Shown: positions 10,659 through 21,572 of the stretch, in pieces
Layout of the letters: the number at the start of each line of letters is the position of its first letter
How positions within the stretch are numbered: position 1 is the stretch's first letter
Origin: Thainema sp.
Lineage (GTDB): Bacteria; Cyanobacteriota; Cyanobacteriia; Phormidesmidales; Phormidesmidaceae
DNA: 64,000 nt
Assembly (NCBI GenBank): GCA_052168235.1
Contig: JBQLZK010000003.1
Coordinates: 1 to 64,000, forward strand
Reading direction: 5' to 3'
The notes under the pieces: model-generated
Seen by the model: the letters and a program-made list of their open reading frames with translations, nothing else
Database searches by the model: none
What the model was told of the DNA's origin: nothing
Position numbers and translations under genes: made by a program

Positions 10659-11453
10659 TTAACCAATCACAGCCGGAGTTGCTTGCAGCTGTTCAATCAG
10701 ATGGCGCGTGTGCTGATAGCTGGCTTCAGCTCCCTGAGTGCGGAAATAATGTGCTGCTTGGTGGAAGTTCGAGATCGCAGCCTGAAGATTTCCCCGCTGG
10801 TACTTCAGCCAACCCAGGTTGAAGTAAGCCTCTGCATCAGACTCGTTCAGCTCAATCGCTTGGTTCAAGTCGGGTAGAGCATCGTCAATTTGGTGAAGGG
10901 CTAAACGGGCAGCCCCCCGTTCGCTGTAAACCGCAGCCATCCGAGCATCAGGTAAGGCTGGGCTATGTTGAATTGACAAGTTATAATCTGCGATCGCGCT
11001 TTGGTAATGGCCGAGAGCTGATTGTGCTAAACCTCGATTGTAATAAGCCCGATAATCATCCGCTTGAATGTCTAAAACTCGATTAAAATCTAATATCGCA
11101 GCCTCTAATTTATTAGTGTAATAGTACGCTAATCCCCGATTTAAGTAAGATTCTGCATTTTGGGAATCAAGCTGAATAGCCTGAGTACAATCGTTAATTG
11201 CCTCGGCATAAGCATATAAACGAATATACGATAAGCAGCGATCAGCATAAGCTGAAGCGCTTGCCTGCTCAACTCTAATTGCTTGAGTAAATGCGTCAAC
11301 GGCTCGTTCGTACTGTCCAGCTTTATACGCATTGATGCCTAGTTGAAATAAACTCAACGAATCTGCGATTGCCATATTGGGGTAAACAAGACTCAAGAAA
11401 AATATGACTACGGTTAAGACTGAAGAAAGTACTACTTTCAACCAATTAATCAT
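10659..11453 (-). CDS. Exported tetratricopeptide repeat protein
   Basis: N-terminal hydrophobic signal, repeated AYYNRG/AIxDY TPR pattern. Confidence 0.85.
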   Translation of the reverse strand: MINWLKVVLSSVLTVVIFFLSLVYPNMAIADSLSLFQLGINAYKAGQYERAVDAFTQAIRVEQASASAYADRCLSYIRLYAYAEAINDCTQAIQLDSQNAESYLNRGLAYYYTNKLEAAILDFNRVLDIQADDYRAYYNRGLAQSALGHYQSAIADYNLSIQHSPALPDARMAAVYSERGAARLALHQIDDALPDLNQAIELNESDAEAYFNLGWLKYQRGNLQAAISNFHQAAHYFRTQGAEASYQHTRHLIEQLQATPAVIG

Positions 11454-11578
11454 ACATACTCCTCAAATACGGCTTCTTCCCATAAAAGGTTCAATCTCGA
11501 ATCTTTCATGGGAAGAAATGCTGGGGGTTCTTACTAGCAAATTCGATTTGATTGCTTTAGCACTGGGTTAGCTACAAA

Positions 11579-11926
11579 TCACCATCCTTTCTCAGACTGA
11601 TCAAGCACATAGCTAGCAACATTTTCAATCTGCTCATCTGTTAAACGACCGCCAAAAGCGGGCATCGCAGCTTTACCATTTTTAACTTGACTCATAATCG
11701 CTTCGAGCGAAGCCATTTCGTATTTCTCCAAGTCGGCTTTCTTCAGAGTCTTCGCAGGATTAACCATATTTCCACCTCCTACATGACAAGCCGCACAGTT
11801 TGCTGAGAAGACCTTGGCTCCATCGCCCAGGTCAGCTGCGATCGCAGGCAGCGACAAGCACAGGTTAAACACGATGCCTAATAGAATAAAAATACCCAAA
11901 AAACGTTTCACTTGACTGTTCTCCAT
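11579..11926 (-). CDS. petJ: Cytochrome c6
   Basis: Signal peptide ending [16 protein letters not shown] (CxxCH), [18 protein letters not shown]-terminal GW. Confidence 0.95.
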   Translation of the reverse strand: MENSQVKRFLGIFILLGIVFNLCLSLPAIAADLGDGAKVFSANCAACHVGGGNMVNPAKTLKKADLEKYEMASLEAIMSQVKNGKAAMPAFGGRLTDEQIENVASYVLDQSEKGW

Positions 11927-11978
11927 CACGGTAGGTAAATCTGAATCATCCTAAAATTGGCAGTTGATTTTGTAAAAA

Positions 11979-12007
11979 GACAAATCGTCAAAGATTACGC
12001 TTTGTAA
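11979..12007 (-). promoter_or_regulatory. Two tandem KAC-N5-GTM palindromes upstream of petJ (candidate PetR copper-switch sites)
   Basis: GAC-aaatc-GTC at 11979-11989 and TTAC-gcttt-GTAA at 11995-12007; consensus recalled from the PetR/PetP system. Confidence 0.5.
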
Positions 12008-12988
12008 CGAGTTTTTGGGTAAAGACGGGAATAGGCTAAAGCTCACCTAGCCAATTTCAATGAAGAACAAATGTATTTTGCTGCAACGCCGTTTTGAAAC
12101 AATGAGATTGGTCAAAACAGCGTTGCATAAGTCACTATCATTCGTCTTACAAGCTGCTTGTGGTTAGTTGTATAAATTTAATTCTCAGGCTATCCAAGCC
12201 TCCATTTTGCTGCGCCATAAGTATCAGAGGCTAAGCCATTTTTGGATATTTATATATCAAGAAATAAGTATTTCTTTATTGATATCAATATTGCTCATAT
12301 TTATATACGTAATTGCAGTTGAGGCACGATCTGCCGTTTGGAAACATCGGTCTTGATCCACATTAGCCAATCCCCTACCTACTGAAGTTTGTCAGTAAGT
12401 TCAGCCAACGCAGTAGGACTCGATGTTCAAATTCCTGGGCTGCTGTCAACACGACGTTACGGTCGAGCAGCAACACCTGCTGAGCCACTTAACAATAACT
12501 GCCGATTAGTCAGCAGAACTGCCCTGGCACTGTCATATTCGAGCCAAACCAAACCATATAGATGCGGCTTCATGAACCTGGCTTTGAATTGGGCAACTTA
12601 AGAGCTCCCCATGCAGCCTTCTCGCTTTACCAACCATCTCAGCTGAGACTACCTAAACAGTCAGGCTTTTAGGCATGTCCTGCATCACCAGCACCTCACG
12701 CCCTAAGCATCACGACTTCTCCACGAATCCGCCCCAACCCAAGACTGCGATCGCAGCTTAACGTTAAAAATCCCAACATCGGACAAAGATCACAATCCGC
12801 TCGGCTGAAATCGCCTATCATCTGAATCGAGAAATCCTCTAAAAACCGACAGCGTTCGTGTTTCAACAAATTAACAAATTGAGAAATTCAGTGTGACATC
12901 ACCGGGGCGAGCATAAAATTAGTCGCTGACGTTTGTTTTTGTTTAACTTCGGGCATCTTAGTAATCAGTACAGTAGGGGTTTGCGGTC

Positions 12989-14830
12989 ATGGCATTGCCA
13001 GACAACCAATCTGAGAATTTTGGAACCAATCGTGCTCAATCTGCGGACGAGGTTTTGCAAAACATCACCAAGGATTTAAGAGCGCTCCAGCAGGATCTGG
13101 TCGTTCAGTTGACGCAGGACATTGGCCGACTGCAAACTGAAAAGTCTCGCCTGATGACAGAGATTGATCACCTGAAAAACCAGTACGAACTGCTGCAAAC
13201 CCAGCATCAAGCCGCTCTGTCTCGTCAGCAAGTGGCACAGCAGCAGCTACTGGCAAAGCATCTAGCTCAAGCACTGGCTGCCCACATTCAAAAGCTATTT
13301 AATCAGCAAGGTGCAGTCCTACAGAGCCAATATGCGGCAAATGGCCCAAATTTAGAGGGCGCATCGGCTGTATCTTTACCAGCAGCGGCTTCGCTCGAAC
13401 AGTACAACGGGCGAGCGACCCAACTCCTCAGTTCTCTCGATACCACTCTAAATTCCACATTGCGATCGCTAGAGCAGGATCTAGAGACCTACGAAAGCTC
13501 GCTGTCTCAGCAGCTCAGCCGCATGCACAGTCTAGAGAAGCAAGGCGAGACAATTCTGGAAGCCTTGGTGAATCGCCTAAATCAGCAGCTACAGACTGAA
13601 ATTGATCGCGCTCACACAGCTCAAAACGTAGCGTTCGAAAACGGACATGCGATCGCAGATAGTCATACAACTGCTAACTTGGGCGCGGCTTCACAACCAC
13701 TCGACCCACAATTTGCGACTCCAGCAGCGAATTCTCCACAGGCTCAATCCACCCCGCCGATTTCTGGTCAGTCACCGATTGCCAATCAGCCTCTGATGCG
13801 ATCGCAGATTAGAAAGCCAGCTGCACCACCGCCACAGGCATCGCCATCTGTTTTGCAGCGAGGCATGATCTTGATTCTGATCTCAACCGTTGCACTGTCG
13901 CTGCACAACGTCGTTGTAGGGCTCATTGGCTTTGGTGGCAATATCTTTGGTCAATTTCCCTTTGATGATTTGATTCAGCTCAACTTCCAGAATGCCGTCT
14001 TGGTTTTGTCACTGCGGATGCTGATTGTTGTGCCAGCTTTATCCCTCGTGGCTACATACCTCTATCCGCCAGTTTGGCAAGACATTCGTTCTGCCGTTAA
14101 GGATCGTCAGTTCAAAGTACTGGCACCCGTAATTGGCAGTGCCATTTTTCTGTTTCTCTCCCAGATTTTGATCTATATGGCCATCCCGATGATTGGCCCA
14201 GGGGTCGCCGTAACGATTTTATTCATGTACCCCTTAGTTACTGTGCCGATGGCTTGGCTCTTGTTTGGCGATCGACCAACCTGGCTGCGAGTTGTCGTGA
14301 TGTTTGCAATCGTGGCGGGTATCGTTTTAGCATCTCTGCCCAAACTAACTCTTTCCGATCAGGCCTCCCCCGTCGGAATTATAACGGCAGTGTGTTCTGG
14401 AATTGCTTTTGCCTTCTATTTGCTCTTTATGCAAATTAGCTTCCGCAAGCTTCATCCTGTCCCTGTCAGCTTAATCCAGTTTTCAGCCATCTTCGTTTTT
14501 GCTAGCTTGTTCACTATCTTTCGTCCAGGTGATATTGAATCTGCCAATATCCGAGGACTAATTGTTGCAATTGTCATTCTCGGCTTACTAACGCTGGTCG
14601 GCTATCTGTTAAACAACTTTGGAGTTCGCTTGATGGGTGCAGCACGAGCTTCAATTATTGCCTCTAGCGGCCCCATTGTTACAGCTCTCCTGGCCTATTT
14701 CATTTCTCCAACACCAGAGGCGTCTTTGGCCAGTGTCCAAATAATGGGTATTGTTCTGGTGACGCTCGCTGTAGCGGGTTTGAGTTTTGAGCGCATGCTG
14801 ATTACAAAACAAAAGCCTAAGAACGCGTAA
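12989..14830 (+). CDS. sepJ: Septal junction protein SepJ/FraG homologue (coiled coil + Pro/Ser/Gln linker + DMT/EamA permease)
   Basis: N-terminal coiled coil with LQTEK and SLSQQLSRM..QGETILEALVNRL motifs as recalled from Anabaena SepJ, low-complexity linker, multi-TM EamA C-terminus. Confidence 0.75.
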   Translation: MALPDNQSENFGTNRAQSADEVLQNITKDLRALQQDLVVQLTQDIGRLQTEKSRLMTEIDHLKNQYELLQTQHQAALSRQQVAQQQLLAKHLAQALAAHIQKLFNQQGAVLQSQYAANGPNLEGASAVSLPAAASLEQYNGRATQLLSSLDTTLNSTLRSLEQDLETYESSLSQQLSRMHSLEKQGETILEALVNRLNQQLQTEIDRAHTAQNVAFENGHAIADSHTTANLGAASQPLDPQFATPAANSPQAQSTPPISGQSPIANQPLMRSQIRKPAAPPPQASPSVLQRGMILILISTVALSLHNVVVGLIGFGGNIFGQFPFDDLIQLNFQNAVLVLSLRMLIVVPALSLVATYLYPPVWQDIRSAVKDRQFKVLAPVIGSAIFLFLSQILIYMAIPMIGPGVAVTILFMYPLVTVPMAWLLFGDRPTWLRVVVMFAIVAGIVLASLPKLTLSDQASPVGIITAVCSGIAFAFYLLFMQISFRKLHPVPVSLIQFSAIFVFASLFTIFRPGDIESANIRGLIVAIVILGLLTLVGYLLNNFGVRLMGAARASIIASSGPIVTALLAYFISPTPEASLASVQIMGIVLVTLAVAGLSFERMLITKQKPKNA

Positions 14831-14875
14831 TGGATCTTATAATCGTTGCCATTGTAGACGCGTAGAAGAATAAGC

Positions 14876-14919
14876 CAAATCAGAAAAAGCCACGCGATCG
14901 CGTGGCTTTTTCTGATTTG
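14876..14919. terminator. Perfect 44-bp palindrome centred on a HIP1 site; bidirectional terminator between sepJ and mreD
   Basis: caaatcagaaaaagccacgcga|tcgcgtggctttttctgatttg. Confidence 0.75.
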
Positions 14920-14953
14920 ATAATTTGAGTTTTGAGCTTTTGTTTTTATTTGA

Positions 14954-15571
14954 TTAATTTGTTTCAAGCGGAGCTAAGCGCTCCCACCAGCGCCGGAGCG
15001 GATAGTACAGTGCTGGTGCCCATAGGCTGCTGAGAATGGCTGAACTCAAAGCAACCTGCTGATGATAAATCCAAATCTCAGACAAAGTGCGGCCTGAGGT
15101 CTGACCTTCTAAGTCAAGCTCAATAGCATCCGTTGGAGCAGATTGAAACTCTAGTCCAAACGTTTGAAAGCTGTACTGCATAGCCACAACTGTTTCAGCC
15201 ACAACCGCCATACCAAAGACAATGAGAGCGACTGAAATAAAGTCTTCTTGGATATAGCGTTGTTTCTGAATTCGAGAAGTCAGGATGCCAACAACAGCTA
15301 GACTCAGAGCGTGAGTTGGAACCGGGGCGGTCATGCCATCTTGAATTAAACCCAAGGCAACACCTGCGATCGCACCTTGCCAGAGTGACCGTCTCAAGCT
15401 CCAAGCCACCACCCAAATCAGTAACCAGTTCGGTGCAACCCCCAACAGCTCCACTCCCGGTAGCCGAAGCGGTAAAACTAGCAGGCACAACAGCACAGAC
15501 AACACTGTGATTATGCCGTACATAACCTGGCGAGTTGCAGGATTCCAAGTCGAGGGATTCTTCCAACGCAT
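14954..15571 (-). CDS. mreD: Rod shape-determining protein MreD
   Basis: Hydrophobic, PNWLLIWVVAWS, GLIQD; third gene of mreBCD. Confidence 0.9.
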   Translation of the reverse strand: MRWKNPSTWNPATRQVMYGIITVLSVLLCLLVLPLRLPGVELLGVAPNWLLIWVVAWSLRRSLWQGAIAGVALGLIQDGMTAPVPTHALSLAVVGILTSRIQKQRYIQEDFISVALIVFGMAVVAETVVAMQYSFQTFGLEFQSAPTDAIELDLEGQTSGRTLSEIWIYHQQVALSSAILSSLWAPALYYPLRRWWERLAPLETN

Positions 15572-15593
15572 TAACAGATACCTCCGACTCCTA

Positions 15594-16394
15594 TCAATCT
15601 GAATTGCCGGAAGATTCTGTCTCTACCGATAAAGGCGCAAGCGTCTGTTCATTCACCTTGGGATTCGCTTGAACAATTACCCATTCCAGCGAACTAATTG
15701 GAGCCGTCAGTGTAATCACCGCCTCTGGTGCTGGGCTTTTATTCAGATTAACTGATTCAATCCGGCCAATTGGCACACTAGAAGGATAAAGCTGACTCAG
15801 AGAAGATGTCGAAACTACATCTCCCCGACGTACATCCGGCACCTTCTCAAAAAATTCAACCACAGCTCGGTCTGCGGATTGTCCCCGCATATAGCCCATG
15901 CTACGACTGCGGCTCACGGTAATACCCACCCGGCTACTGGGATCGCTAATCAACAAGACACGACTCGTATTAGAAGTCACATCAACAATGCGCCCAACCA
16001 GACCGCCAGGCGCAATCACCACATCTCCCACCTCAATGCCATCTTGAGAGCCACGTCCTAAAGCTAATTGATGCCACCAATGATCAGCGCTGCGACCAAT
16101 TACGGGGGCAACAACATCTTCACCGGTCTGTGCTTTTGCCTCATTAATCAGCTCTCGCAGCTCTTGGTTTTGGCTTTCCAATTCAATTAAACGCTGCTGT
16201 AACTCCAATATCTGAGCATTTTCGAGCGTCTCTTCTGAATTCGGCAGCGTTTGAAAGGGGCGAGTTATCGTCTGATACATTTCATAGATAGCGGCCCCCT
16301 GAGTTTGACGGATGAGCCAAGCTGTTCCAATAGCTAGACACGCCAAACCAAGCTTGATACCGTTTCGGTCCCACCAGCGTTGTAATGTGTACAT
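15594..16394 (-). CDS. mreC: Rod shape-determining protein MreC
   Basis: TM + coiled coil (ENQELRELI), GLVGRI, SRVLLISDPSS, GDVVSTS; between mreB and mreD. Confidence 0.93.
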   Translation of the reverse strand: MYTLQRWWDRNGIKLGLACLAIGTAWLIRQTQGAAIYEMYQTITRPFQTLPNSEETLENAQILELQQRLIELESQNQELRELINEAKAQTGEDVVAPVIGRSADHWWHQLALGRGSQDGIEVGDVVIAPGGLVGRIVDVTSNTSRVLLISDPSSRVGITVSRSRSMGYMRGQSADRAVVEFFEKVPDVRRGDVVSTSSLSQLYPSSVPIGRIESVNLNKSPAPEAVITLTAPISSLEWVIVQANPKVNEQTLAPLSVETESSGNSD

Positions 16395-16559
16395 GCAATC
16401 AATGCGCTGCCTGATATCTACATAACCATATGAGCGTTTGCTCTGTTTCCGCTAAAAGTTAGATAGGGGGGAACTATCTAACCACTCGCCGAGATTTTCG
16501 AGATTGCTTGAAAGAGCTGTATCGGTTTACGACTTTCCCTAAAACCAGGAAGAAGCAAA

Positions 16560-17612
16560 TTAGATACCGCGTGAACGACCGCTGAAGACCCGCTCCAGTT
16601 GCTTATTGCCATTGAAGTTTTCTAGCACTCGTCCCGTACCCAATACGACACAACTCAATGGATCGGCAGCTACATGAACCACAATGCCGGTTTCATGACT
16701 AATTAGAGTGTCTAAACCTTTCAATAGCGCCCCACCGCCAGCCAGCATAATACCGCGATCGATAATGTCAGCCGCCAATTCGGGCGGAGTCCGCTCCAGC
16801 GTGCGCTTTACAGCCTCTACAATGACTGAAAGAGGCTCAGACATGCTTTCGCGAATCTCAGCACTCTTTACGGTTACAGTACGAGGCAGTCCGGATAGTA
16901 AATGCAAGCCTCGGACATCCATAATCGCCTCGTCATCTTCGTGAGTGGGATACGCCGAGCCAATCTTGATTTTGATTTCTTCGGCTGTCCGCTCACCAAT
17001 AACGAGATTATGTACTTTTTTCATATATTGGGTGATGGATTCGCTTAGCTCGTCACCAGCTACCCGGACCGACTCACTGAGGACAATGCCCTGCAAACTG
17101 AGAACAGCAACTTCAGTGGTTCCACCGCCAATGTCAATAATCATGTTGCCCGTCGGATCGGCTACAGGCAAACCTGCCCCAATCGCTGCAGCCACAGGCT
17201 CATCGATTAAATAAACATCGCGAGCACCTGCTTGAGCAGCAGCTTCCATAACGGCTCGGCGCTCAACTCCGGTCACACCACTTGGAATACCGATAACGAT
17301 ACGGGGCTGAACCAAAGCCCGCCCTTCGTGCACCCGATGAATAAAATGCTTAAGCATCATCTCTGCGGTGTCAAAATCGGCAATGACACCGTCGCGGAGT
17401 GGGCGTAATGCAATGATGTTGCCGGGGGTTCGACCCAGCATTTTTTTTGCATCTTCTCCAACGGCAAGGGGAGTGCGATCGGTTTGATCCATCGCTACCA
17501 CGGATGGTTCTTGCAAGACGATCCCCTTGCCAGAGACGTAAACCAAGGTATTTGCGGTACCGAGATCGATACCCATATCTCTTGAGAATGAAAAGCGACT
17601 GAAGAGACCCAC
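16560..17612 (-). CDS. mreB: Actin-like rod shape-determining protein MreB
   Basis: [43 protein letters not shown]. Confidence 0.98.
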   Translation of the reverse strand: MGLFSRFSFSRDMGIDLGTANTLVYVSGKGIVLQEPSVVAMDQTDRTPLAVGEDAKKMLGRTPGNIIALRPLRDGVIADFDTAEMMLKHFIHRVHEGRALVQPRIVIGIPSGVTGVERRAVMEAAAQAGARDVYLIDEPVAAAIGAGLPVADPTGNMIIDIGGGTTEVAVLSLQGIVLSESVRVAGDELSESITQYMKKVHNLVIGERTAEEIKIKIGSAYPTHEDDEAIMDVRGLHLLSGLPRTVTVKSAEIRESMSEPLSVIVEAVKRTLERTPPELAADIIDRGIMLAGGGALLKGLDTLISHETGIVVHVAADPLSCVVLGTGRVLENFNGNKQLERVFSGRSRGI

Positions 17613-18284
17613 TAGCTTCTTACGCCTCCTGACTAAGATGCGTTAACAAAGGGAATTGAAATAGCGACTGCCATGCCATGATTAACAGAATTTGCAGTCG
17701 TGGTGGATTCTATTACGTTTTGTGTTTCAGCGTCTAGTCCGTCTGCCAAACCATTTGCCTAAGTTGGGCATGGAAATCCTTCAAACTGAATGCTTGAAAT
17801 GCTTTGCTACCAGGCTATGTGCAGGAACAAGGCTGAAGACAGGTTACTGAGCTAAAGTAAAGTTTTAGATTAGACACTGCAGCCACACAATATCGCTAGC
17901 AAGAGAACTAGTTATCAACAGCGCCTTGAGCGACTTAAGTGTCCTTTGAAGGTGCTTTGGCCGAATAACAGAGGATTTGACTCACATCGATTCAACTCAA
18001 CACGCACAGACACCGTAGATAATCAGACATCTATACGAGATATACGTGAAATAGATTGACTGCTGCAAGATATAGACTGTTCCCTCAATCTACACCACGT
18101 TGCTCAAATATTTTTACAAATGTTTTTACAATGGAATGATGAAATGCTTATGAAATGCTTAATTGAGCACGTGACTTCAACAAAGTTGGTTTAGACAATC
18201 TCTAAGTGCTTTTTGAGTAGTTTACGCGATTATCTTTTTACGGGACTATCACGATACGCAACAAGTCAACAGGACGTTAGAAAT

Positions 18285-18650
18285 ATGACAGTTAATACAG
18301 TGAATTTAGTCGGGCGGGCTGGTCGTGATCCAGACGTGAAATATTTTGAGTCTGGTAGCGTTGTCTGTAATGTCACCTTGGCTGTGGATCGCCGCAGTCG
18401 TAATAACGATCAACCCGACTGGTTCAATCTAGAAATTTGGGGTAAAACGGCTGAGATCGCCGCAAATTATGTTCGCAAAGGCAGTCTCATTGGCGTGAGC
18501 GGTGCTCTTAAGCTAGATCGCTGGCAAGATCGGGCGACGGGAGTTGAGCGGACTAAACCAGTCATTCGAGTTGATCGGCTGGAGTTGCTGGGATCAAAGC
18601 GAGATAATGACGCGAGCAGTATGGACAACTATGGTGACGATGAATTTTAG
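18285..18650 (+). CDS. ssb: Single-stranded DNA-binding protein
   Basis: NTVNLVGRAGRDP, PDWFNLEIWGKTAE, acidic tail DDEF; AGGA RBS before ATG at 18285. Confidence 0.95.
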   Translation: MTVNTVNLVGRAGRDPDVKYFESGSVVCNVTLAVDRRSRNNDQPDWFNLEIWGKTAEIAANYVRKGSLIGVSGALKLDRWQDRATGVERTKPVIRVDRLELLGSKRDNDASSMDNYGDDEF

Positions 18651-18729
18651 ATGTTGAACTAGAGATGAAAGCGTGCAGCGCTGCGCGGCAGTGCCGTGCA
18701 GCGCCCTGTTCTATCCAATCGAGCTTGTT

Positions 18730-19506
18730 CTAATAGCGAATTTGCAACGTGATTGCAGCTTGAACATCTTGCTCGCCACCGACAACGGGAGTTGAGGCGG
18801 CTTCTGCAACTTGAGCATCAAATCGAGCTAGGGGCACTGGCATGGGTGGATTAGCCCCGTTGACCTGGATACTGATAATTTCTTGAGCAGTGAAGCCTAA
18901 GCTGCTCAAAACGGCTTCTGCTTGCTCCTGGGCGTCCTGGGCGGCTTCTGCAAGTGCTTGCTGTCTGGCAGCCTCAATTGCCGCATCGGTAGCCACAAAG
19001 CTTATATTGTCAATTCGAGTGGCTCCAGCTGCGATCGCATCATCAAGCAGCGTACCCACATCATTGGTATCGAGTCGGAAACTGACGATATTGGTTGCCG
19101 TGTAACCTGTAATGCGGGGCGTAGAACCGTCGTAGTTGTAGACCGGATTGAGGCGAATCTCAGTAGTCTGTAGATTCTGCACGTTGCGCGATCTCAAGAG
19201 GCTGACGACGGCTTCTGCGCGTTGAGCGGCTTGACGTTGAGCGGCATCCGCTGTGTCAGCCTGTACTTCTACACCTAGATTCACCTGGGTTAACGTAGTG
19301 GGAATGGTTTCTTCTCCCTGGCCTGTTACGGTAATGGTGCGAACGACGGCTTCTTGTGCGATCGCAACTGGCATAAATGCTAAAGCTAGCAAACCTGCTG
19401 CCAGCGGTACAGCACACCACATGAGTTTTTGGGCAGTGGAATACCGCGTTGCGTGTGGTGTTGGATGAGTTGAATGGAGTGGACGAGTTACGGAGCGCCG
19501 ATTCAT
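18730..19506 (-). CDS. SIMPL (DUF541) domain protein
   Basis: Signal peptide, RTITVTGQGE, LLDDAIAAGATRID, ARQQALAEA; GAGGAGG RBS before ATG at 19506. Confidence 0.88.
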   Translation of the reverse strand: MNRRSVTRPLHSTHPTPHATRYSTAQKLMWCAVPLAAGLLALAFMPVAIAQEAVVRTITVTGQGEETIPTTLTQVNLGVEVQADTADAAQRQAAQRAEAVVSLLRSRNVQNLQTTEIRLNPVYNYDGSTPRITGYTATNIVSFRLDTNDVGTLLDDAIAAGATRIDNISFVATDAAIEAARQQALAEAAQDAQEQAEAVLSSLGFTAQEIISIQVNGANPPMPVPLARFDAQVAEAASTPVVGGEQDVQAAITLQIRY

Positions 19507-19725
19507 GGAATTCCTCCTCACAAGGATTTTGTAGATGTTTGGGGGCTGCAAACGGGCGAAAACTGGATGTAGCGAATTCATCCGTCCAGCAGACTCGATC
19601 TGCTGCTGAGCAGCATTAAGTTCTAGTGTGAGGTGCGATCGCGTAAAAGTGGAGTGCGTTACAGTTTTAGCAACTTGTTTTAGCTATCGAGTGTTTAGCA
19701 ACTCAACCGTCTTCGGTTCTGCTCT

Positions 19726-20520
19726 ATGACTTATTATCTTTCAGCGGCCAAACTGCAAACCTATCACCGCTGTCATCGAGCCTATTATTTTCGCTACCAA
19801 CGTCGAGTGCAAGGCCCATCCTTTTTTGGGGCCTCTCCCCTCGGTACGGCTTTACATGCTGCTTTGGCACAATTTTATGGCCAGTGGCACTACTTAGCTC
19901 CGACACCTGGCTTGGGCTGGTTGTACACCTGTTGGGAGCAAAATCAGCAAGATTTATCGCCTAAATATATCGAAGAAGGTCGCCAAATTTTGCAAATCTA
20001 TTACGAGAAATTTGTGCTGTCTCAGCCCCCAATGCGTCGCCCCATTGCGGTTGAAGGGCGCATTCAAGGCGCACTCTTGACTGAAGATTTAGAATTTACG
20101 CTAACGGGTCGCTACGACCGACTGGATAGCTTTAACGAAGGATTAGAGCTAATTGACTACAAATCAACCAAGGATTTCAAGCTACCCGAATCGGAAGAGT
20201 TTGATCTACAGCTCGGCTTATATTCAATTGCCTTACAGCAACGTTACCAACAGCAGCTGACGCAGGTTAGTCTGATTTATTTACGGCACGGAGAAAAATA
20301 CAGCGTTGACGTAACGCCCGAACATCAGGAACGAGTACATGCCGTTATCGGACAGCTAGCCCTACAGTTGCGGCATGAGCAAACTTGGCAAGCCAATACG
20401 GGAAAACATTGCGATCGCTGCACCTATGCCCGCTACTGTTCTGCCGTTCAGCCTCATCCTGATCCATTACCACCTGATACCAAACCTGAACCAGAATTAC
20501 AGTTAGCTCTTCGAATTTGA
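19726..20520 (+). CDS. PD-(D/E)XK RecB/Cas4-like nuclease with a putative Fe-S staple
   Basis: LSAAKLQTYHRC, GTALH, GRYDRLD, LIDYKS, QLGLY, C-terminal CDRCTYARYC. Confidence 0.85.
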   Translation: MTYYLSAAKLQTYHRCHRAYYFRYQRRVQGPSFFGASPLGTALHAALAQFYGQWHYLAPTPGLGWLYTCWEQNQQDLSPKYIEEGRQILQIYYEKFVLSQPPMRRPIAVEGRIQGALLTEDLEFTLTGRYDRLDSFNEGLELIDYKSTKDFKLPESEEFDLQLGLYSIALQQRYQQQLTQVSLIYLRHGEKYSVDVTPEHQERVHAVIGQLALQLRHEQTWQANTGKHCDRCTYARYCSAVQPHPDPLPPDTKPEPELQLALRI

Positions 20521-20645
20521 CGGTTTATCAAGCCGGAAATTCGACAAAAATCCGGGGTTTTGCTGGTAAAAAACTGCTCTGACTTATGATGTTCAAACCA
20601 GTGAGTTTTTTTTACTCACGAGTTTTTTGGACATTGATTAAACAA

Positions 20646-21458
20646 CTAGTCCCACTGTTGGGATTCTACTGTATTCAACTTCTGCAACATCTCGTCCAGC
20701 AACGTTCGAATAGAATCAGAAACTTCAATTTCCCTACCCTGACCAACTGACTTTTCATGGTAGTTCCAGACGTATTCAAGGCCAGGTGCGTGAATATCGA
20801 CTCGATTCAAACATTGTTCCAGATAATCTCTCTGCTGCACCAGCTTGTTGTACTTCACCAAAACAACCCGCCGATCCTGTTCTAACGATTGGGAAAAGAA
20901 CAAGTAATTTCTAGCGTACCAAAATAGACTCCATGCATCTGCGGGTGCAATCTTTTCATGAGCATATTTTGCTAAAGTTTCTTTGAGTTCAAGCGGCAAA
21001 TTTTCAGCTCGCCAGTTCCCACCATCTTCCAACATACGAAATAGGACTTTATTGCGTGCACCAAATCGATTAATCAGAGAGTTAATCACGTCTCGGTAAT
21101 CCCGATACATCCACATTGCGTGGCTGTCTGGAAAATAGTCGAGTATTTTTGGCGCATACTGAGACTCGACTAGTGGCTTGACGACAACTAACGATTCCGA
21201 ATTGGCATAAATTTTTTGCTTGACATCGTCTAGCGGGTTTAGACGGATAGTATGTAAATCACCTTCTTCAGTATCTTGATCTGTGATTTCTGTATTGACT
21301 TCAGCATAGGATTTGACGTAGTTCAACTTGCCTAAGATGTCACTCGTGATCGTAGTCCCAGAACGCTGACAGCCAAAGATAAATAAAATCTGCTTTTTAG
21401 TATCGGCAGATGTCGAAGTAGTTTGAGCCGATGGGCGACGAAATAGGTTCTTGAGCAT
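20646..21458 (-). CDS. Sulfotransferase family protein
   Basis: 5'-PSB loop FIFGCQRSGTT and 3'-PB motif MYRDYRDVINS. Confidence 0.85.
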   Translation of the reverse strand: MLKNLFRRPSAQTTSTSADTKKQILFIFGCQRSGTTITSDILGKLNYVKSYAEVNTEITDQDTEEGDLHTIRLNPLDDVKQKIYANSESLVVVKPLVESQYAPKILDYFPDSHAMWMYRDYRDVINSLINRFGARNKVLFRMLEDGGNWRAENLPLELKETLAKYAHEKIAPADAWSLFWYARNYLFFSQSLEQDRRVVLVKYNKLVQQRDYLEQCLNRVDIHAPGLEYVWNYHEKSVGQGREIEVSDSIRTLLDEMLQKLNTVESQQWD

Positions 21459-21572
21459 GTTTTAGAATGGGTTGCTGATCAAAAATGTGAGTGAAGATTA
21501 GGCCACGTATATCAACCTAGATATACATTCATTAATTACTAGAGCAAATAGCCCTAAATAAACTCAAACCAC

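Noticed and set aside
12170..12315. Very AT-rich tract and ORF 12168-12356 between petJ and sepJ
   Set aside because: No recognisable protein or repeat structure; compatible with ordinary divergent promoter DNA
19726..20520. Cas4-like gene as part of a CRISPR-Cas locus
   Set aside because: No repeat-spacer array, cas1 or cas2 in the window
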